Assembly: GCA_030141605.1 (NCBI GenBank)
Contig: JAQGDQ010001859.1
Location: forward strand, 1-23,188
Direction of reading: 5' to 3'
Length of the DNA stretch: 23,188 nucleotides
Origin: Tubiluchus corallicola
Taxonomy: Eukaryota; Animalia; Priapulida
Of the stretch, positions 20,783 to 23,188 are shown piece after piece. Both the position numbers and the translations under genes were made by a program. The notes under the pieces were generated by a model, which saw only the letters and a list, made by a program, of their open reading frames with translations, searched no databases and had not been told where the DNA came from. Numbering within the stretch: the stretch's first letter is position 1; every line of letters begins with the position of its first letter.

Positions 20783-21291
20783 ACTTCAAAACTCAAGCTG
20801 CTGCCTGCTTTTAGCTATATACTTAGCAACGTAATTAAGTTTGTAGGTAGAATTGGCGCCGCTAATTAATAGGTATTGTTAAGTAATAGACTAATTAAGA
20901 AATCTTAAATTTAGAAATGTGGAGCTCCTTCAGTCACGAGGTCGTTTATTTTATGCTTGGTCATCGTGGTTTTTAAGGACTTTTGGGCTTCCTGGCTGAA
21001 GGAGCTCTACTTCACTTATACTACATTAAGTAGAATTAATCAATAGTTAATTTATTTAGATTTAGATAGGGATTAGATTAATAGGTAAGATTAGGATTAG
21101 ACTAACACTAGATTTAGATTACGCTCAAAGTTTTACAAAATTTCCCTTGCGCGAGATAGGGGTGCGTGATTTAAAATTTTGTGGTCATTTTGTAAAATTT
21201 TGAATAATTGCAATATTAATTATGACTAAGTTAATTAGGTTCATAGCTACTAACTCGATTATGGTGGTGATAGCAGCTTGAGTTATGAAGT
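20783..21291. mobile_element. MITE-like element (~510 bp) with 20-bp inverted termini
   Basis: acttcaaaactcaagctgct (20783-20802) versus the reverse complement of 21272-21291 (acttcataactcaagctgct), 19/20 match. Contains a long hairpin and ttaga/ttagg-like runs. Confidence 0.55.
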
Positions 21292-21532
21292 GTTAGTAAT
21301 GTGTACCTGTAAGCTCGTTTTTTCTTAATATGGCGCAGTTAGTATCTTCATTCGCTTAAACGACGGGTTACTGTAGAAGTTTGTGTGACAAGTAGGCTGC
21401 TTTCCTAATGTTAATCAAGATTCTGCGGGCTACTGTAAAAGTTTGCTGGCGTCCCTTAATGTTGTTTTAACAAAACAAGATCAACGGTTAAATTGTGTGT
21501 ATTGTGAAATTAAGCAGCTTATATCCTCTTGT

Positions 21533-22780
21533 CAGTACTTGGAACACAGACGGGAAGGGGTGGTTCAGCATTGGGAGTGGTCCAGTACTTAGAACACAGA
21601 CGGGAAGGGGTGGTTCAGTACTTAGAACACAGACGGGAGTGGTGGTTCAGTACTTAGAACACAGACGGGAGTGGTGGTCCAGTACTTAGAACACAGACGG
21701 GAGTGGTGGTCCAGTACTTAGAACACAGACGGGAGTGGTGGTCCAGTACTTAGAACACGGACAGGAGCAGCGGTCCAGTACTTAGGACACAGACGGGAGT
21801 GGTGGTCCAGTACTTAGAACACAGACGATAGTGGTGGTTCAGTACTTAGAACACAGACGATAGTGGTGGTCCAGTACTTAGAACACAGACGGGAGTGGTG
21901 GTCCAGTACTTAGAACACAGTCGGGCGGGAGTGATCCAGTATTTAGAACACAGATGGGAGTGGTGGTCCAGGACTTAGAACACAGGCGGTAGTGGTGGTC
22001 CAGTACTTAGAACACAGACGGGAGCAGTGGTCCTGTACTTAGAACACAGACGGGAGTCCAGTACTTAGAACACAGATGGGAGTGGTGGTTCAGTACTTAG
22101 AACACAGACGGGAGTGGTGGTCCAGTACTTAGAACACAGACGGGAGTGGTGGTCCAGTACTTAGAACGCAGACGGGAGTTGTGGTCCAGTACTTAGAACG
22201 CAGACGGGAGTGGTGGTTCAGTACTTAGAACGCAGACGGGAGTGGTGGTCCAGTACTTAGAACACAGATGGGAGTGGTGGTTCAGTACTTAGAACACATA
22301 CGGGAGTGGTGGTCCAGTACTTAGAACACAGATGGGAGTGGTGGTTCAGTACTTAGAACACAGACAGGAGTGGTGGTCCAGTACTTAGAACACAGACGGG
22401 AGTGGTGGTCCAGTTCTTAGAACACAGACGGGAGTGGTGGTCCAGTACTTAGAACACAGACGGGAGTGGTGGTCCAGTACTTAGAACACAGATGGGAGTG
22501 GTGGTCCAGTACTTAGAATGCAGACGGGAGTGGTGGTCCAGTACTTAGAACGCAGACGGGAGTGGTGGTTCAGTACTTAGAATGCAGACGGGAGTGGTGG
22601 TTCAGTACTTAGAACGCAGACGGGAGTGGTGGTTCAGTACTTAGAACGCAGACGGGAGTGGTGGTTCAGTACTTAGAACACACACGGGAGTGGTGGTCCA
22701 GTACTTAGAACGCAGACGGGAGTGATGGTCCAGTACTTAGAACACACACGGGAGTGGTGGTCCAGTACTTAGAACGCACA
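21533..22780. repeat. 32-bp minisatellite, about 39 copies
   Basis: Unit cagtacttagaacacagacgggagtggtggtc; head-to-tail with no unique spacers. Confidence 0.97.
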
Positions 22781-23188
22781 CTGAATGGGGTTGTGCAGCG
22801 AAGGCTAAATTTGAAGTTAATTCACTTGATTCTAAATGCATTTTATGCTGTTTCTCTGCACGTTAGGAAATGTTTTATATTGTTTGGAACAGAAACTCAT
22901 TTGTAAAATTTGTAAAATGTACATGCAGAACTAAGAATGTTTAACTTGTACGTTGTCAATTAGATTTCAAGAAAATTCACTGAAAGAATTATGACGAGCA
23001 ATGTTTAATTACAGCCTGGTAAGCAACACAATTTTGCATTGCATCTATGGCAAAAGAACCAAGACTAGTGAACATAGTTGAAAGAAAAATCAATTTTTTA
23101 CATAACTATTTGTCACATTTATACGAAGTTTTGTCACTTACGTCTCCATAACAGTAACGGGTTAATTCACGTTTTGTCTACATCAACA

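Noticed and set aside
20922-21009. Resemblance of the hairpin arms to plant miR159/319 (…GAAGGGAGCUCUA)
   Set aside because: The match needs indels, the precursor is far shorter than the plant double-duplex hairpin, and the context looks animal; most likely coincidence.
21533-22780. CRISPR-like appearance of the 32-bp array (also the 33-, 43- and 55-bp arrays)
   Set aside because: Units are head-to-tail with no unique spacers, there are no cas genes, and the context is eukaryotic.

Overview
AT-rich, microsatellite- and minisatellite-rich eukaryotic DNA (animal-like, by inference). The left part (1 to about 6330 or 7277, minus strand) is the 5' half of an apparently intact Gmr1-type Ty3/Gypsy LTR retrotransposon. 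It has one gag-pol ORF (ATG at 4058, running off the window edge, so absent from the ORF track) with the domain order Gag(SCAN-like, CCHC)-protease-integrase-RT, a perfect tRNA-Leu primer-binding site, and an unusually long putative 5' LTR. That LTR has a recognisable TATA/Inr and poly(A) signal. In its inferred U3 part it carries an extra 223-aa same-sense ORF with a canonical splice acceptor 5 nt before the ATG, an arrangement resembling retroviral U3 accessory genes (MMTV sag, HIV nef); this is the most interesting item. The middle (about 7985-16240, plus strand) holds a predicted spliced gene with a TATA + TCT/TOP-like promoter, tiny 5' exons and only short ORFs. Its introns contain satellite arrays and a foldback element. 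The right part has degenerate repeats, a possible solo LTR, a MITE-like element with an internal G-U-rich hairpin, and 43-bp and 32-bp minisatellites. All calls were made by eye; no database searches were run.
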